64,000 nucleotides of DNA from a virus (lineage: Duplodnaviria > Heunggongvirae > Uroviricota > Caudoviricetes), in the IMG/VR virus record IMGVR_UViG_3300048854_000273, positions 43,413 through 107,412 of that record, one strand, 5' to 3'. Under the pieces are notes generated by a model. The model made no database searches. It saw only the letters and a list, made by a program, of their open reading frames with translations, and was not told where the DNA came from. Below are positions 35,981-45,572 of the stretch, piece after piece. A program made the translations under genes and the position numbers. The stretch's first letter is position 1. Every line of letters begins with the position of its first letter.

Positions 35981-36610
35981 TCAGTGCAACATCGCACCCG
36001 CTTCGACTTCCGCGTGCATCAGTTGCAGCGTGCGAGCCTCGCCCCGCTTCACCGCATACTCGACCGCCTCGATCCGCTCCTTTAGACCCGTCATCTTGCG
36101 CGGGATGTAGAAGTGGATCGGCTTGACCCTCTCATCCACTGTGAAGCCGAGGATGAGCGAATTCAAATGCTCGATGTAGGCAGCATTTGCGACCGCCTTG
36201 CCCTCCGCCGCGATGATCGGAATACCGGGCTGCACCAGCATCAGAATCCCGAAGCGCCGGTTGGTCACGTCGATGCACTTCTGAACGTAACGCGCAAAGC
36301 GCCCCTGGTCTTCCTCCGCAACTCGGTCGTTGATCGCTTCGGCCATCGTGTAGGCGATCATGTCCAGCGGTGTGCGGTCGGTGATGACGTCCTCACCCGC
36401 ATGCTCACCGTAAATGCGGTCGATACGTTCCAGAATCTTCTCCTGGTGAGCCAACCGCTCGGCGAACGTGTGCTCCCTCGTCAGATCAAAGCCAAGATCG
36501 CGGTTGATGGCGCTGACCGACGTTTCGAGGAACGTGCTGCCGGACTTCAACGCGTAGCCCTTCGCCAGCGTTGTCTTCCCAGTCCGGTGGGCGCCACACA
36601 GACCGATCAT
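35981..36610 (-). CDS. P-loop NTPase, putative (d)NMP/nucleoside kinase-like
   Basis: Walker A GAHRTGKTTLA; start taken at MIGLCGAH; the track's N-terminal extension is Arg-rich. Confidence 0.55.
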   Translation of the reverse strand: MIGLCGAHRTGKTTLAKGYALKSGSTFLETSVSAINRDLGFDLTREHTFAERLAHQEKILERIDRIYGEHAGEDVITDRTPLDMIAYTMAEAINDRVAEEDQGRFARYVQKCIDVTNRRFGILMLVQPGIPIIAAEGKAVANAAYIEHLNSLILGFTVDERVKPIHFYIPRKMTGLKERIEAVEYAVKRGEARTLQLMHAEVEAGAMLH

Positions 36611-37284
36611 TACGCCACCGCTTCCTGAGCCGCGCCTTCTTCCAGCAGCACGCGCTCGGCGACGACGTCGCGATTGACCGCCGCATTCGGGTCGAACGCG
36701 CCTTTCTGATAGCGGCCTGCCTTTTTGTCGTTCAGCTTGTTGATGTTGGCGAAATTGCACTGCTCGCGGGTGTAGCCGAGCACGTCGAGCGCGACCTCGC
36801 CATACCACGACGAGTCGCCCTGTTCTTCCAGCAGGTTGACCTTGTCCACCTGCTGACCCAGTAGCGTCGGCACGATGCCCTCGATGAATTCGCCAGCTTC
36901 AGTGAATTGGCCGATCGCTGCGTGCAGCAGGCGCAGGTCCACGCCGTCCGCGCTGAGACTCTTCGCCACCTCTTCCGGCAGGTTCTGCATGAAGAAGTGA
37001 ACGTCCTGCGGATCGCGGTAGCGACCAGTGCTGACCGGGAATTTCAGCGACTCGGCGGTTGCCTGCACGACGGCGATCGCTTCGAGCATTTTCTTCTGGT
37101 CCATGTCGCGACCGTAGTAGATGGCGCGCTTGACCTGATCGAGCGCTGTGCTTGCGGCGATTGCCATGTTCAGCGCAACCAGCAAGGTGGCCGGGCCGAA
37201 GTTCAGGGCTGTCGGCCGGCTTTCGGTCGAGAGAACGGCGGTGCGGTAGTCGGCGTTGTTCAGGGTGGTTTGTGCTTGCGTCAT
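36610..37284 (-). CDS. MazG-like nucleoside-triphosphate pyrophosphohydrolase
   Basis: AIGQFTEAGEFIEGIV and LLEEQGDSSWYG match the MazG/HisE EExxE and EExGDxxWY motifs (from memory). Confidence 0.55.
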   Translation of the reverse strand: MTQAQTTLNNADYRTAVLSTESRPTALNFGPATLLVALNMAIAASTALDQVKRAIYYGRDMDQKKMLEAIAVVQATAESLKFPVSTGRYRDPQDVHFFMQNLPEEVAKSLSADGVDLRLLHAAIGQFTEAGEFIEGIVPTLLGQQVDKVNLLEEQGDSSWYGEVALDVLGYTREQCNFANINKLNDKKAGRYQKGAFDPNAAVNRDVVAERVLLEEGAAQEAVA

Positions 37285-37304
37285 GTAGTGATACTCCTTC
37301 GGTG

Positions 37305-37637
37305 TTACAGAATGGGTGAAAAGAAATGCGCCAGAAGCGCGGCAATGGCAAAAGAACTGATCGCCGGCATAACTACGTCCAGCACCATGTAGGCTTCCCA
37401 CTGCCAGGGGAACCAGCCCACGGTCCAGGAATCGACGTGACTCTCATCAGCAGCGAGGAAGGCGATTTCCGCTTCCAGCTTCTTGCGGCTCCAATACCAG
37501 ACCACTACCGCCAGCGCTCCGAACCAGAAGCTCTGGCTCAGAAGCGTGACGGGCGTCTGGATCAGGAGCCCCTCAAAGCAGTGCGAGAGGGACATGCGCC
37601 AGCGAGCGCCCTTGATCCAGTTCAGGATCGAATTCAT
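37305..37637 (-). CDS. membrane protein (110 aa)
   Basis: multiple Trp-rich hydrophobic segments. Confidence 0.45.
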   Translation of the reverse strand: MNSILNWIKGARWRMSLSHCFEGLLIQTPVTLLSQSFWFGALAVVVWYWSRKKLEAEIAFLAADESHVDSWTVGWFPWQWEAYMVLDVVMPAISSFAIAALLAHFFSPIL

Positions 37638-37936
37638 GCGGCGAGTCGGACCGGATCAGCAGGAGCTTCGGGTGCCGGCACGGGCGCTTCGGACGGCGTG
37701 CCAACGACTGCGGCGAGCTTGTCGGCAATATCGCTTGCGCGCTGGGCTTCAGCTTCCGAGGCAGCAGCCATTTCGCTGTGCGCCTCGACAGCGGCCTTGT
37801 GTTCGTCGGCCTTCAGTGAGTGATGCTCGGCCACATCCTTCAGCTTCGCGATCGTGTCGTGGAATGCCGACATAACGCCGTCGACGGTCTTGGTCAGGGT
37901 GGGTTCGTTGCCCAGAATGTTCGAAAAGAAGCTCAT
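37634..37936 (-). CDS. hypothetical protein (100 aa)
   Basis: ORF. Confidence 0.45.
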   Translation of the reverse strand: MSFFSNILGNEPTLTKTVDGVMSAFHDTIAKLKDVAEHHSLKADEHKAAVEAHSEMAAASEAEAQRASDIADKLAAVVGTPSEAPVPAPEAPADPVRLAA

Positions 37937-37963
37937 GCCTTTCTCCTTCAGTGTGTGATTGGT

Positions 37964-38140
37964 TCAACCGAAAGTGGCGCGGGTGACGACGCCATTTTCA
38001 ATAGTCAGGTTGCAGCGGTGAAACACGACGTCGGCGGTGATCAGCCCCGCTTTTCCGTCCTGGCTCACGATGCGATAGGTCTTGCCGGCCTGCCGCAATG
38101 CCTTGATCGCTTCCTTCTCGGTCAGCCCGACGAGCTTCAT
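37964..38140 (-). CDS. small hypothetical protein (start taken at MKLVGLTEKE)
   Basis: ORF; ATGA overlap with the thyX stop. Confidence 0.4.
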   Translation of the reverse strand: MKLVGLTEKEAIKALRQAGKTYRIVSQDGKAGLITADVVFHRCNLTIENGVVTRATFG

Positions 38141-39036
38141 GCGGCCGCCTCGAATTCGACGCGTTCGCGGAACTGGCGCCAACCGAAGAAGTTCTTCGAC
38201 TGCGCGGCCGCATGGGCCATCGGATACGCCTGATGCTCTGTCGGCGATGCGTGCAGCGGGCGCGAACCCACCAATCGGTCGTAAAGCTCCAGATCCTTCT
38301 CGATCTGCGGAGCTTGGCCGTCGTGCGTCAGGTAGCTCACGCGGGCGCAGCGGGCCACCGACAGCTTCGCCGCGATCTCCGGCTCCTGCATGTAAATGAG
38401 GCGCTCGTTGTCGCTCACATACGGCAGGTGCCAGTTGAATGCGTCAGTGCGGTCCAGCTTGCGCTGCTCGGGCAAACTGCGGCCCATTGCGGCACTCATT
38501 TGCATCGCAAGTTCGTGGATCTCCGGCTGTGCATCTTCGTGGGCGCGCAGCTCGAAGAAGTTATCCCACTCCGTCGCCGTCACGATGGTCTGCATCCACT
38601 GGAATGGCTCGAGGAGACGGTTGACGACCTGCTTGTGGTAGCCCGCCTTGTTCATGGCTTCCGCCACTTCCGCTGCGCGGTGCGCCGCTTCGATCCACGC
38701 TTCCTGAATCGTGAACTGCTGATCGAAGCCGGTGAACAGGTTGTCGGTCGGCGCGTCCACATTGGCGTATTCGAACAACATGACGGGAGCGTCATGCTCC
38801 TCGCGCGCCTGCATGCCCGGCTGGTTCTTACCCCAGTGGACCGGCATCGCAGGGTCGTTGCGCACCTGCTCGATCATCTTGGCGACCGGAATTGCGCGGC
38901 TCGAGCTGGCATTGCGGCTGAAGACCCGGTGCGTCATCACTTCGCCGTGAATGAATCGCGGATACTTCAACTGGAACGTCGTCAGGCGCTTGCCGGCCGG
39001 GCTGATCGAGTCCTCGATGACTTTTGCGCTGATCAT
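38137..39036 (-). CDS. thyX: FAD-dependent thymidylate synthase ThyX
   Basis: ThyX signature RHRx7S: MTHRVFSRNASSSRAIP. Confidence 0.85.
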   Translation of the reverse strand: MISAKVIEDSISPAGKRLTTFQLKYPRFIHGEVMTHRVFSRNASSSRAIPVAKMIEQVRNDPAMPVHWGKNQPGMQAREEHDAPVMLFEYANVDAPTDNLFTGFDQQFTIQEAWIEAAHRAAEVAEAMNKAGYHKQVVNRLLEPFQWMQTIVTATEWDNFFELRAHEDAQPEIHELAMQMSAAMGRSLPEQRKLDRTDAFNWHLPYVSDNERLIYMQEPEIAAKLSVARCARVSYLTHDGQAPQIEKDLELYDRLVGSRPLHASPTEHQAYPMAHAAAQSKNFFGWRQFRERVEFEAAA

Positions 39037-39584
39037 TACCGGCGTCCTCCAAAGCTCGAACGGCTGCTGTAGCTGCTGCTCGAATAGGAGCTGCGGCTGC
39101 TGTAGCTGCCCGAGTAGGAGGTCGACGGGCGCGACGTGTAGCCCGAATAGGCTGCGCGGCTCGTCGTGCTGCTGTAGGCCGGTGCGGAGTAGCTCGGGCG
39201 GGGCGCGACGACTGGAGCGGCAGCCGTCGTGTTCACCGTCTTGTTGATCGTCACGTTCTTGGTGACGTTCTGAACCACGTTGCGCTGCGGTGTCGGCGCG
39301 CTGTTGATGTAGTGGTGCTCGACGCGCGAGGAACCGCCACCGCTCATCAGGTGACCCATCAGCATGCCGGTCAGGAAACCGTCATGCGCGGGTGCTGCCT
39401 GAACCACGACAGCCGGCGGCGCCGCGTAGATGGGTGCGACGCCTTGAGCCACCATCGGTGCGGCTACTTGCGCCGGCTGCTGCACGTAGGCGACGTCGTC
39501 GTGGCGACTGCACGAAGCAATCACACACAGAACAGCGAATCCACCCAGCGAAGCAATGGCGATGCGTTTCATTTTGGTGTTCAT
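39036..39584 (-). CDS. lipoprotein with Ser/Tyr-rich low-complexity C-terminus
   Basis: MNTKMKRIAIASLGGFAVLCVIASCS lipobox; AGAGGAAA RBS; leader hairpin 39613-39630 between motif and RBS. Confidence 0.5.
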   Translation of the reverse strand: MNTKMKRIAIASLGGFAVLCVIASCSRHDDVAYVQQPAQVAAPMVAQGVAPIYAAPPAVVVQAAPAHDGFLTGMLMGHLMSGGGSSRVEHHYINSAPTPQRNVVQNVTKNVTINKTVNTTAAAPVVAPRPSYSAPAYSSTTSRAAYSGYTSRPSTSYSGSYSSRSSYSSSSYSSRSSFGGRR

Positions 39585-39657
39585 GTTTCCTCTAACGTAA
39601 GGATCGAAACTGCCCCGGTAGCGACCGGGGCTTAGTTACTGCTGACAAATAAATTAT

Positions 39658-39671
39658 AGTCAGTTTTTACT
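39658..39671 (+). promoter_or_regulatory. motif AGTCAGTTTTTACT
   Basis: between the nrdB stop and the lipoprotein gene; followed by leader hairpin 39613-39630. Confidence 0.55.
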
Positions 39672-39699
39672 ATCATTCGACGACAAAATAAACCGGGCT

Positions 39700-40695
39700 T
39701 CAGTCTTCCCAGTCGTCAAGCGTGCCGACGGCGTAATCGCCCACTTTCGCTTCAAAAAAGTTGGACTCTTCGCCTTCGCTGAACTTCTTGAACCACGGCA
39801 CTGGCGACTTCACGCCAGGGAACAGTTCCGGCAACCCGATTTCGTGCGCGTGCTCGTTGGCCGTCGCCTGCAGAAAGCCCGTCACAATTGGCGCGGTGAG
39901 CCCCAGCATGCCCTTGCTGACGCTGTAGGCGCCCCACTTCGCTTCCAGGTCAACGGCGTCGCGCAGCAGGAACTCCGCGTCCCTCCAGAACTGTGCGTCG
40001 TAGAGCTCCGGTCGCTCCCGCCGGTTCGTCTGGTGCATCAGCTTGAACAGCTTCAGGTGGTTCCGCTCGTCCCGGTGAATCAGCTTCACACTGTCAGCGC
40101 TGCCAGTCATTTTTCCGTTACGTGCGAGTGCATAGAACACGAGGAACGCGCTGTAGAAGTAGATCCCCTCCAGAGCGACGTTTGCGACAAGTGAGCGCGC
40201 AAACTGCGCGGGCGTCTGTTCGCCGGCGAGGACGCGCGACTGCTTGAGGATATGTTCGTTCTTGGCCGCCAGCATGCCGTCGCGTTCAAAGCGCATGTAG
40301 ACCGCCATCGGATCAGCCGACACCGTCTCCACCATTTCGCTGTAGGCATCCACGTGCAGCGCCTCCTCGTAGCGCTGGCGCATGATGCACATTTCCACTT
40401 CTGGCGACGTGATGCACGACTCGATGTTCGCGAGGCTGTGGAGCTGGATGCCGTCGAGGTTGGAAGCGAACGACAGGGCGCTGTCGTAGGCGAAACGCTC
40501 ACCCTCGGTCAGGCGGGTGCGGTAGCAGGGGCCGTCCTCGGTCAGATCGGTCTCGTGGAGATCCCAATTGGCCGCCTTCATGGTCTTCCACATGTCGCGC
40601 GCCCACTTGTGCTTGGCGGGCGAGATCGCCATTAGATCCGATCTGGGTCCGAAAGCGAGCCGGCGGTCGTTAATAATCTGGGCGTGGTTACTCAT
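39700..40695 (-). CDS. nrdB: ribonucleotide reductase class I small subunit (R2/NrdB-like)
   Basis: ferritin-like di-iron motifs EEALHVDAYSE, VALEGIYFYSAF, IHRDERNH. Confidence 0.85.
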   Translation of the reverse strand: MSNHAQIINDRRLAFGPRSDLMAISPAKHKWARDMWKTMKAANWDLHETDLTEDGPCYRTRLTEGERFAYDSALSFASNLDGIQLHSLANIESCITSPEVEMCIMRQRYEEALHVDAYSEMVETVSADPMAVYMRFERDGMLAAKNEHILKQSRVLAGEQTPAQFARSLVANVALEGIYFYSAFLVFYALARNGKMTGSADSVKLIHRDERNHLKLFKLMHQTNRRERPELYDAQFWRDAEFLLRDAVDLEAKWGAYSVSKGMLGLTAPIVTGFLQATANEHAHEIGLPELFPGVKSPVPWFKKFSEGEESNFFEAKVGDYAVGTLDDWED

Positions 40696-40982
40696 GCTGC
40701 AGCTCCTGGCTGTGGGGTAATGGCGATCATGGCGTCACGTGCGCGAGCCCCGTGATCAAAGCCCTGATCAGCATAAAAGACGAGGGCGTCACCCATACGC
40801 TGCAACACGCTCATGGGCAGCGTCACGCGCGGATCGCGGATCAGGGGCTCGCCTTTCGGGATAATCTGCTCGCCGCGGGCCGGCGGCTGGGGCGCAGCAG
40901 GGGCGCCGCTATCGAGCGCTTGTGGGTGGCGATCTTCGGCCCTCATCGCGCGCGGCGGGAAGCTCAATACTTTGGCTGACAC
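40692..40982 (-). CDS. hypothetical protein (96 aa), apparent GTG start
   Basis: ORF between nrdA and nrdB; preceded by terminator-like hairpin 40995-41013 and motif 41024-41037. Confidence 0.35.
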   Translation of the reverse strand: MSAKVLSFPPRAMRAEDRHPQALDSGAPAAPQPPARGEQIIPKGEPLIRDPRVTLPMSVLQRMGDALVFYADQGFDHGARARDAMIAITPQPGAAA

Positions 40983-40994
40983 TGTATTCTCCGG

Positions 40995-41013
40995 AAAAAG
41001 CCCCGCACGGGGC
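40995..41013 (-). terminator. hairpin GCCCCG-ca-CGGGGC followed by U5 on the minus strand (downstream of nrdA)
   Basis: read directly; possible attenuator between nrdA and downstream genes. Confidence 0.45.
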
Positions 41014-41023
41014 GGGGGTTTAT

Positions 41024-41037
41024 ACTCAGTTTTGACT
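41024..41037 (+). promoter_or_regulatory. motif ACTCAGTTTTGACT
   Basis: 7 nt after the nrdA stop; followed by hairpin+U5 40995-41013. Confidence 0.55.
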
Positions 41038-41043
41038 GTTTTA

Positions 41044-43305
41044 CTACTGACAGCTTTCGCAGTTGGGGTTGTCGATGGAGCAAAGCGTGACTTCCTGCTC
41101 CATGACGTCCACGACCGGCGTTGCTGCCTGCGGCGCGGTTTCTTCTTTCATCTGGACCGACTCGGTGCGCAGGTAGTAGGTCGTTTTCAGACCTTCCTTC
41201 CACGCCATAATGTAGAGCGCCGAGAGCGCTTTACCCTTGGTGCCGGCCTTGATCCATATGTTGGTCGACTGCGCCTGGTCGATCCACTTCTGACGACGCG
41301 CGGCTGCCTTGACGATCCACTCGGGCGCGACCTCAAAGACCGTCTTGACCTTGTAGCCGGGCGCCGCATGACGCAGGCTCGGTGCGATCACCAGGAACTT
41401 GCCACCCATGTTCTTCTTCGAGTGATGCAGTTCGAAGTTCGGCTCGATGCAGGGCGACACGCCGATGATGTTGCTGATCGTGGCGGTGGGTGCAATCGCC
41501 ATCGTGTTGCTGTTGCGCATGCCGTAGGTCATCACGCGGTGACGCAATTCGTCCCACTGCGAGCCAAGCGTGGTCGACCGATCGCGGGCTGTGTCGATCG
41601 GCAGGATGCCCAGCGACCATTTGGACCCAGCGAACGTGCTGTAGGCGCCACGATCACGTGCCAGGTCGCACGACGCGTGGATCGCCTCATACGAGAGGCG
41701 TTCTAGCAGCAGGTCATTCAGCACGAGACACGATTCTGATTCCCAATCGATGCCCTTTTGCGCCATCAGGTCGCTCAGACCCATTAGACCCAGGCCCACC
41801 GGGCGGTGACGCATGTTGGCGGCCTTTGCGCGGTCGCTCGGGTAGAAGTTAATGTCGATCACATTGTCCAGCATGCGCATCGCCGTTTTCACCACACGGC
41901 TGAACCGTGCCCGTTCATCGAACGGGTTCACCTTGGCGACGTTCACCGAGCCGAGATTGCACACGAACGTTTCCTCGGGCGAGTTGTTCAACGCGATCTC
42001 GGTGCACAGGTTGGTGTTGTGGATCACACCGACATGGCTTTGCGGATTGCGCCGGTTCATTTCGTCCTTGAAGCAGATCCACGGATTGCCTGTTTCGAAC
42101 AGGGCAACCAGCATCTTGCGCCACAGCTCGACCGCCGGGATTTCAGCCACATACTGGCCGGCAGCTTCCAGCTCCTCGTAGCGCTTCTTGAACGCCTCGC
42201 CATAGAGTTCATGCAGTTCCGGGTAGGCGTGCGGATCGAACAGGCGCCACATGCCCTTCTGCTCGACGCGCTCCATGAACAGGTCGGGAATCCAGTTGTT
42301 CGGGAAAATGTCCGGCGTGCGTTCGTGGTCGTCGCCCGTGTTTTTCTTCAGGTCCAGGAACGCGAGGATATCCGGGTGCCAGGTCTCGAGATTCGGCGAG
42401 AACGAGCCCTTGCGCTTGCCACCCTGATTCACTGCCACCGCGGTGTCGTTGTAGACCTTCAGATACGGCACGACGCCCGAACTCTGGCCGTTGGTGCCCT
42501 TGATGTGTGCGCCCTTGCCTCGCACCGGCGTCCAGTCGGTGCCGATGCCGCCCGCGTATTTGGAGAGCAGCGCGCACTCGGTGATCGCGCCATAGATCGA
42601 GTCGAAGGGGTGGTCGCCCGGTTCCGCCACGATCTGGTCGCCCACCATGTTTCCGTAGCAGGACGACATTTGCTGGTGCAGCGTGCCCGAGTTGAACAGC
42701 GTCGGCGTCGAGGACATGAATTCGAACTGCGACAGGACGTTGTAGAACTCGATGGCGCGCAGCGTTGGGTTATCTTCGCGCAGCGCGAGGCCCATCGCGA
42801 CCCGCATGAAGAAGTGCTGCGGCATTTCCATGATGCGGCCGTCCGGCGTCTCACGGATGAAATACCGGTCAGCCAGCGTCTGCAAGCCCAGATAGTCGAA
42901 CTGGTCGTCGCGCTCGGGTTGGATCGCACCTTCAAGTATCCACAGGTCAAATCGCCCGTCGACCAACTCCGGCGTGAGCTTGTCGTAGGCGACCGCATCG
43001 GCGAGGTAGACGTGCAGCGGCGGGTAGTCGATCGAGCCGACCGACTCCTTGAACATCTGCTGTTTAAGCAGGCGCGCGGCGACGTATGTGTAGTCCGGCG
43101 ATTCGAGACTGATCAGGCCGCCCGCCGCGAGGATCGTGGCGCGGTGGATCTGTTCGGTGCTCATGCCGTCGAACAGCATGTCGCCGACACTGGTTTCAAG
43201 TTCGGACTGAGCGACGTCCAGGCCGGAGCAGGCCCAGGCGACACACTTCTGGATTTTGGCGATATCGAGCGGTGCGCGCGATCCGTCGCGCTTTGTGACT
43301 TGCAT
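41044..43305 (-). CDS. nrdA: ribonucleotide reductase class I large subunit (NrdA) with N-terminal ATP-cone
   Basis: ATP-cone MQVTKRDGSRAPLDIAKIQ...; 753 aa; C-terminal CESCQ Cys pair. Confidence 0.9.
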   Translation of the reverse strand: MQVTKRDGSRAPLDIAKIQKCVAWACSGLDVAQSELETSVGDMLFDGMSTEQIHRATILAAGGLISLESPDYTYVAARLLKQQMFKESVGSIDYPPLHVYLADAVAYDKLTPELVDGRFDLWILEGAIQPERDDQFDYLGLQTLADRYFIRETPDGRIMEMPQHFFMRVAMGLALREDNPTLRAIEFYNVLSQFEFMSSTPTLFNSGTLHQQMSSCYGNMVGDQIVAEPGDHPFDSIYGAITECALLSKYAGGIGTDWTPVRGKGAHIKGTNGQSSGVVPYLKVYNDTAVAVNQGGKRKGSFSPNLETWHPDILAFLDLKKNTGDDHERTPDIFPNNWIPDLFMERVEQKGMWRLFDPHAYPELHELYGEAFKKRYEELEAAGQYVAEIPAVELWRKMLVALFETGNPWICFKDEMNRRNPQSHVGVIHNTNLCTEIALNNSPEETFVCNLGSVNVAKVNPFDERARFSRVVKTAMRMLDNVIDINFYPSDRAKAANMRHRPVGLGLMGLSDLMAQKGIDWESESCLVLNDLLLERLSYEAIHASCDLARDRGAYSTFAGSKWSLGILPIDTARDRSTTLGSQWDELRHRVMTYGMRNSNTMAIAPTATISNIIGVSPCIEPNFELHHSKKNMGGKFLVIAPSLRHAAPGYKVKTVFEVAPEWIVKAAARRQKWIDQAQSTNIWIKAGTKGKALSALYIMAWKEGLKTTYYLRTESVQMKEETAPQAATPVVDVMEQEVTLCSIDNPNCESCQ

Positions 43306-43345
43306 GTAATGCCCTTCTGGTTCGGTTGGCGGGGTGAGGATAATA

Positions 43346-43359
43346 AATCAGTTTTGACT
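43346..43359 (+). promoter_or_regulatory. motif AATCAGTTTTGACT
   Basis: 40 nt upstream of the nrdA ATG. Confidence 0.55.
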
Positions 43360-43380
43360 GTTACTCTATATGAGCCGAAA

Positions 43381-43914
43381 TTACCAGGCGTCGCCGGCAG
43401 CAGTCACGGGCTGGTCGCGATTGATCGGTGATGTGCTGACGGGCGCAGGGGACGGCTGCGTCATGTATTGGCTCTGGAAGTCTTCCGGCGACAGATAGCG
43501 CATCGCGTCGGCATCGTGGTTGTGCCAGTCAGTCCAGTCATGGGGCCGGCCCGTCGAGGCGGGATTAGGCACGGCGATCATCTTGACCATGCCGTCCAGA
43601 CCCTTGACCTCTTTCCAGCGCAGCGTGGGCCGCTCCTCATGCGGGCAGGCTTTGGGCGTGGCACACGACGCGTCGAGCGTCGTTTCCATGGTCGCCATGG
43701 AGACATGACGGTCGAGCTTGATCTTGCCGCATTCAACGCAGTCGGCGCAGCCTGCACTGAGCAATGCATCGGCGACTCTCTGCATCTCGCGGCGCTCGCG
43801 CGCAAGGGCGGTTAATCCCAAGGTCTCAACTTGGCTGATCGGCATGCGAAAGCGCGTGTTTTTGAGCAGGGTCTTTTTGCGTTCAGCAATAGAATGATCG
43901 GCGAAGGCGCCCAT
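43381..43914 (-). CDS. hypothetical Cys-rich protein (177 aa)
   Basis: ORF; motif 39 nt upstream. Confidence 0.45.
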   Translation of the reverse strand: MGAFADHSIAERKKTLLKNTRFRMPISQVETLGLTALARERREMQRVADALLSAGCADCVECGKIKLDRHVSMATMETTLDASCATPKACPHEERPTLRWKEVKGLDGMVKMIAVPNPASTGRPHDWTDWHNHDADAMRYLSPEDFQSQYMTQPSPAPVSTSPINRDQPVTAAGDAW

Positions 43915-43953
43915 GAAACTCTCCAGGAAACGAACTGACTACACGCTAAGTAT

Positions 43954-43967
43954 AGTCAGTTTTTACT
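43954..43967 (+). promoter_or_regulatory. motif AGTCAGTTTTTACT
   Basis: 39 nt upstream of ATG 43914. Confidence 0.55.
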
Positions 43968-43987
43968 ATCCTAATAGCTACGGGAAC

Positions 43988-44572
43988 TTAGGCGGCCGCC
44001 CGAAGACCCCGCATTAACGCAATGGCCTGCTTGAGTTGATCCGTTTTCAGGCCAGCCTCGATTGCGCCGATCGCATCTGCCAGATGCTCGTTGGCCGCAA
44101 CCGGCACCATCTGCCCGGCCCGTTTCGTGAGCAGCCAGTTGGCAGTCGGAAACTTATTCATCGCCCACTCGATCATTTCGTCTTTTGTGCCCGACTTGTA
44201 GCCGGTGCCGGCGAGCTTCACCTCCGACGGCGTGACCTGGATGAGCGGGATGGGACATGCCGCCAGGACGCCCACACAGACCCCATACGAGGCCATTGCG
44301 CGCGCCGACTGCGACCCCACGGGAACTTCAGCGATCGCCAGGGTTGCGCCTTTGCAGGCCTCGATCATGCCTTCGTAGAGGGCGCGGGCGCGCTCAAGAT
44401 CCTCCGAGTTCTTGCGCACCGTCTTTTTGAGCTTCTTGTCCTTCTCGTTCTCGGTTTTCACCAGCACCAGCTCGTCCACCATGTAAAGCATGGTGGCGGG
44501 GTCGAGGGTGGCTTTGGCGAAGCCGAAGTTCGAGAGGCTCGGGTCCATACCGATGATTTTCAGGCCGTTCAT
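43988..44572 (-). CDS. RuvC-like Holliday junction resolvase (RNase H fold)
   Basis: LKIIGMDPSLSNFGFA resembles RuvC ILGIDPGSRVTGYGV; start taken at MNGLKII. Confidence 0.5.
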   Translation of the reverse strand: MNGLKIIGMDPSLSNFGFAKATLDPATMLYMVDELVLVKTENEKDKKLKKTVRKNSEDLERARALYEGMIEACKGATLAIAEVPVGSQSARAMASYGVCVGVLAACPIPLIQVTPSEVKLAGTGYKSGTKDEMIEWAMNKFPTANWLLTKRAGQMVPVAANEHLADAIGAIEAGLKTDQLKQAIALMRGLRAAA

Positions 44573-44811
44573 TTGTCCGCATACCCCCAAAGTTCATACA
44601 CTGCCGCGTTGTAGAGTTGCACCTGCCAACCGCGGCCCCGGTAAATGTCCACACCCAGCACCGTGCGGCGCGGGCGTCCTATGCCGACGAGGAAGGAGCG
44701 CTCAACCACGTTGATCGTTACGGCGCCGAACGGAGCCTCGACCAGCACGCATTCCTTGTCGTATTGCGAGGCCTTCCAACCTTCAGGGAGTTCGATCGGG
44801 AGCTTCACCAT
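44569..44811 (-). CDS. hypothetical protein (80 aa)
   Basis: ORF. Confidence 0.4.
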   Translation of the reverse strand: MVKLPIELPEGWKASQYDKECVLVEAPFGAVTINVVERSFLVGIGRPRRTVLGVDIYRGRGWQVQLYNAAVYELWGYADK

Positions 44812-45572
44812 GATCCAAACCCCTCGTATAGCTTCATTGCGCCGGCATTGCGCGCTATTTCGTTCTGCCGTGATGCCTGCGCGGCCAGCTCCTCCTTCTG
44901 CTCGAGGACGTCTTTCAACGTTTCACGCAAATAGGTCGTAAAGCCAGCCCCGAACACTTTCGCGCACTGCTTCTCCGGCACTTCGAGGTATTCGAAGTCG
45001 CTCGGATCGGTCGGCCTGAGCATGATTAGCGTCTGCCCTTTCTTGCCGATATACGCGCTCGATGGCCGGAAATCCTCACCGCCGATGAACGCGGTGTTCC
45101 GATATTCCTTGCCCTTCTTCGTGATCAGCTTCATCGGGGCGGTAAGACTGAACGCCTGCGGCGACTGGGCAAACGCATCGCCGTATTGCGCGACAAGGTC
45201 CGCGAGTTGCGCGTCCATGTCAGTGCCCGCTGGTGCTTCCATGTAGTCCTCCATCTGTTTTGGGGTGAGAGGGGTGTGGGTGTATTGCCGGATCGGATTT
45301 GCGATCGGCTTGGGCTTGCCGTATTTCGGCGGCTTACCCTGCTTGACCAGCAACTCGTCGACGTAGCCTTCATGGCCGCCACCGTGCCGACTCGCGTCCT
45401 CGCTGTTGTAGCCGGTGATCATGAGATCAGCCATCGACGACTTGCCAGCGCGCCGCGGTGTCAAGATCACCTTCTCAATGAGACGCCCCGACGTGTCGTA
45501 GCGGCTTGCGCCGGCGCTCTCGATCAGCTTTTCGAGAACACCAGGCGTCGAGTAGGGCAGCTTAGAAGCCAC
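44805..45572 (-). CDS. hypothetical protein (255 aa), C-terminus ...YEGFGSW
   Basis: ORF. Confidence 0.45.
   Translation of the reverse strand: MASKLPYSTPGVLEKLIESAGASRYDTSGRLIEKVILTPRRAGKSSMADLMITGYNSEDASRHGGGHEGYVDELLVKQGKPPKYGKPKPIANPIRQYTHTPLTPKQMEDYMEAPAGTDMDAQLADLVAQYGDAFAQSPQAFSLTAPMKLITKKGKEYRNTAFIGGEDFRPSSAYIGKKGQTLIMLRPTDPSDFEYLEVPEKQCAKVFGAGFTTYLRETLKDVLEQKEELAAQASRQNEIARNAGAMKLYEGFGSW

Noticed and set aside
41806-43431. 541-aa plus-strand ORF (and the 1705..2400, 20629..21753, 31514..32308, 45655..47094, 50825..51991, 54583..56418, 56437..57927 ORFs) antisense to well-supported minus-strand genes
   Set aside because: High-GC genomes generate long stop-free antisense frames. The translations are Arg/Ala/His-rich low-complexity sequence with no motifs, while the opposite strand encodes NrdA, RecA, SbcC, DnaE and others with clear catalytic signatures.
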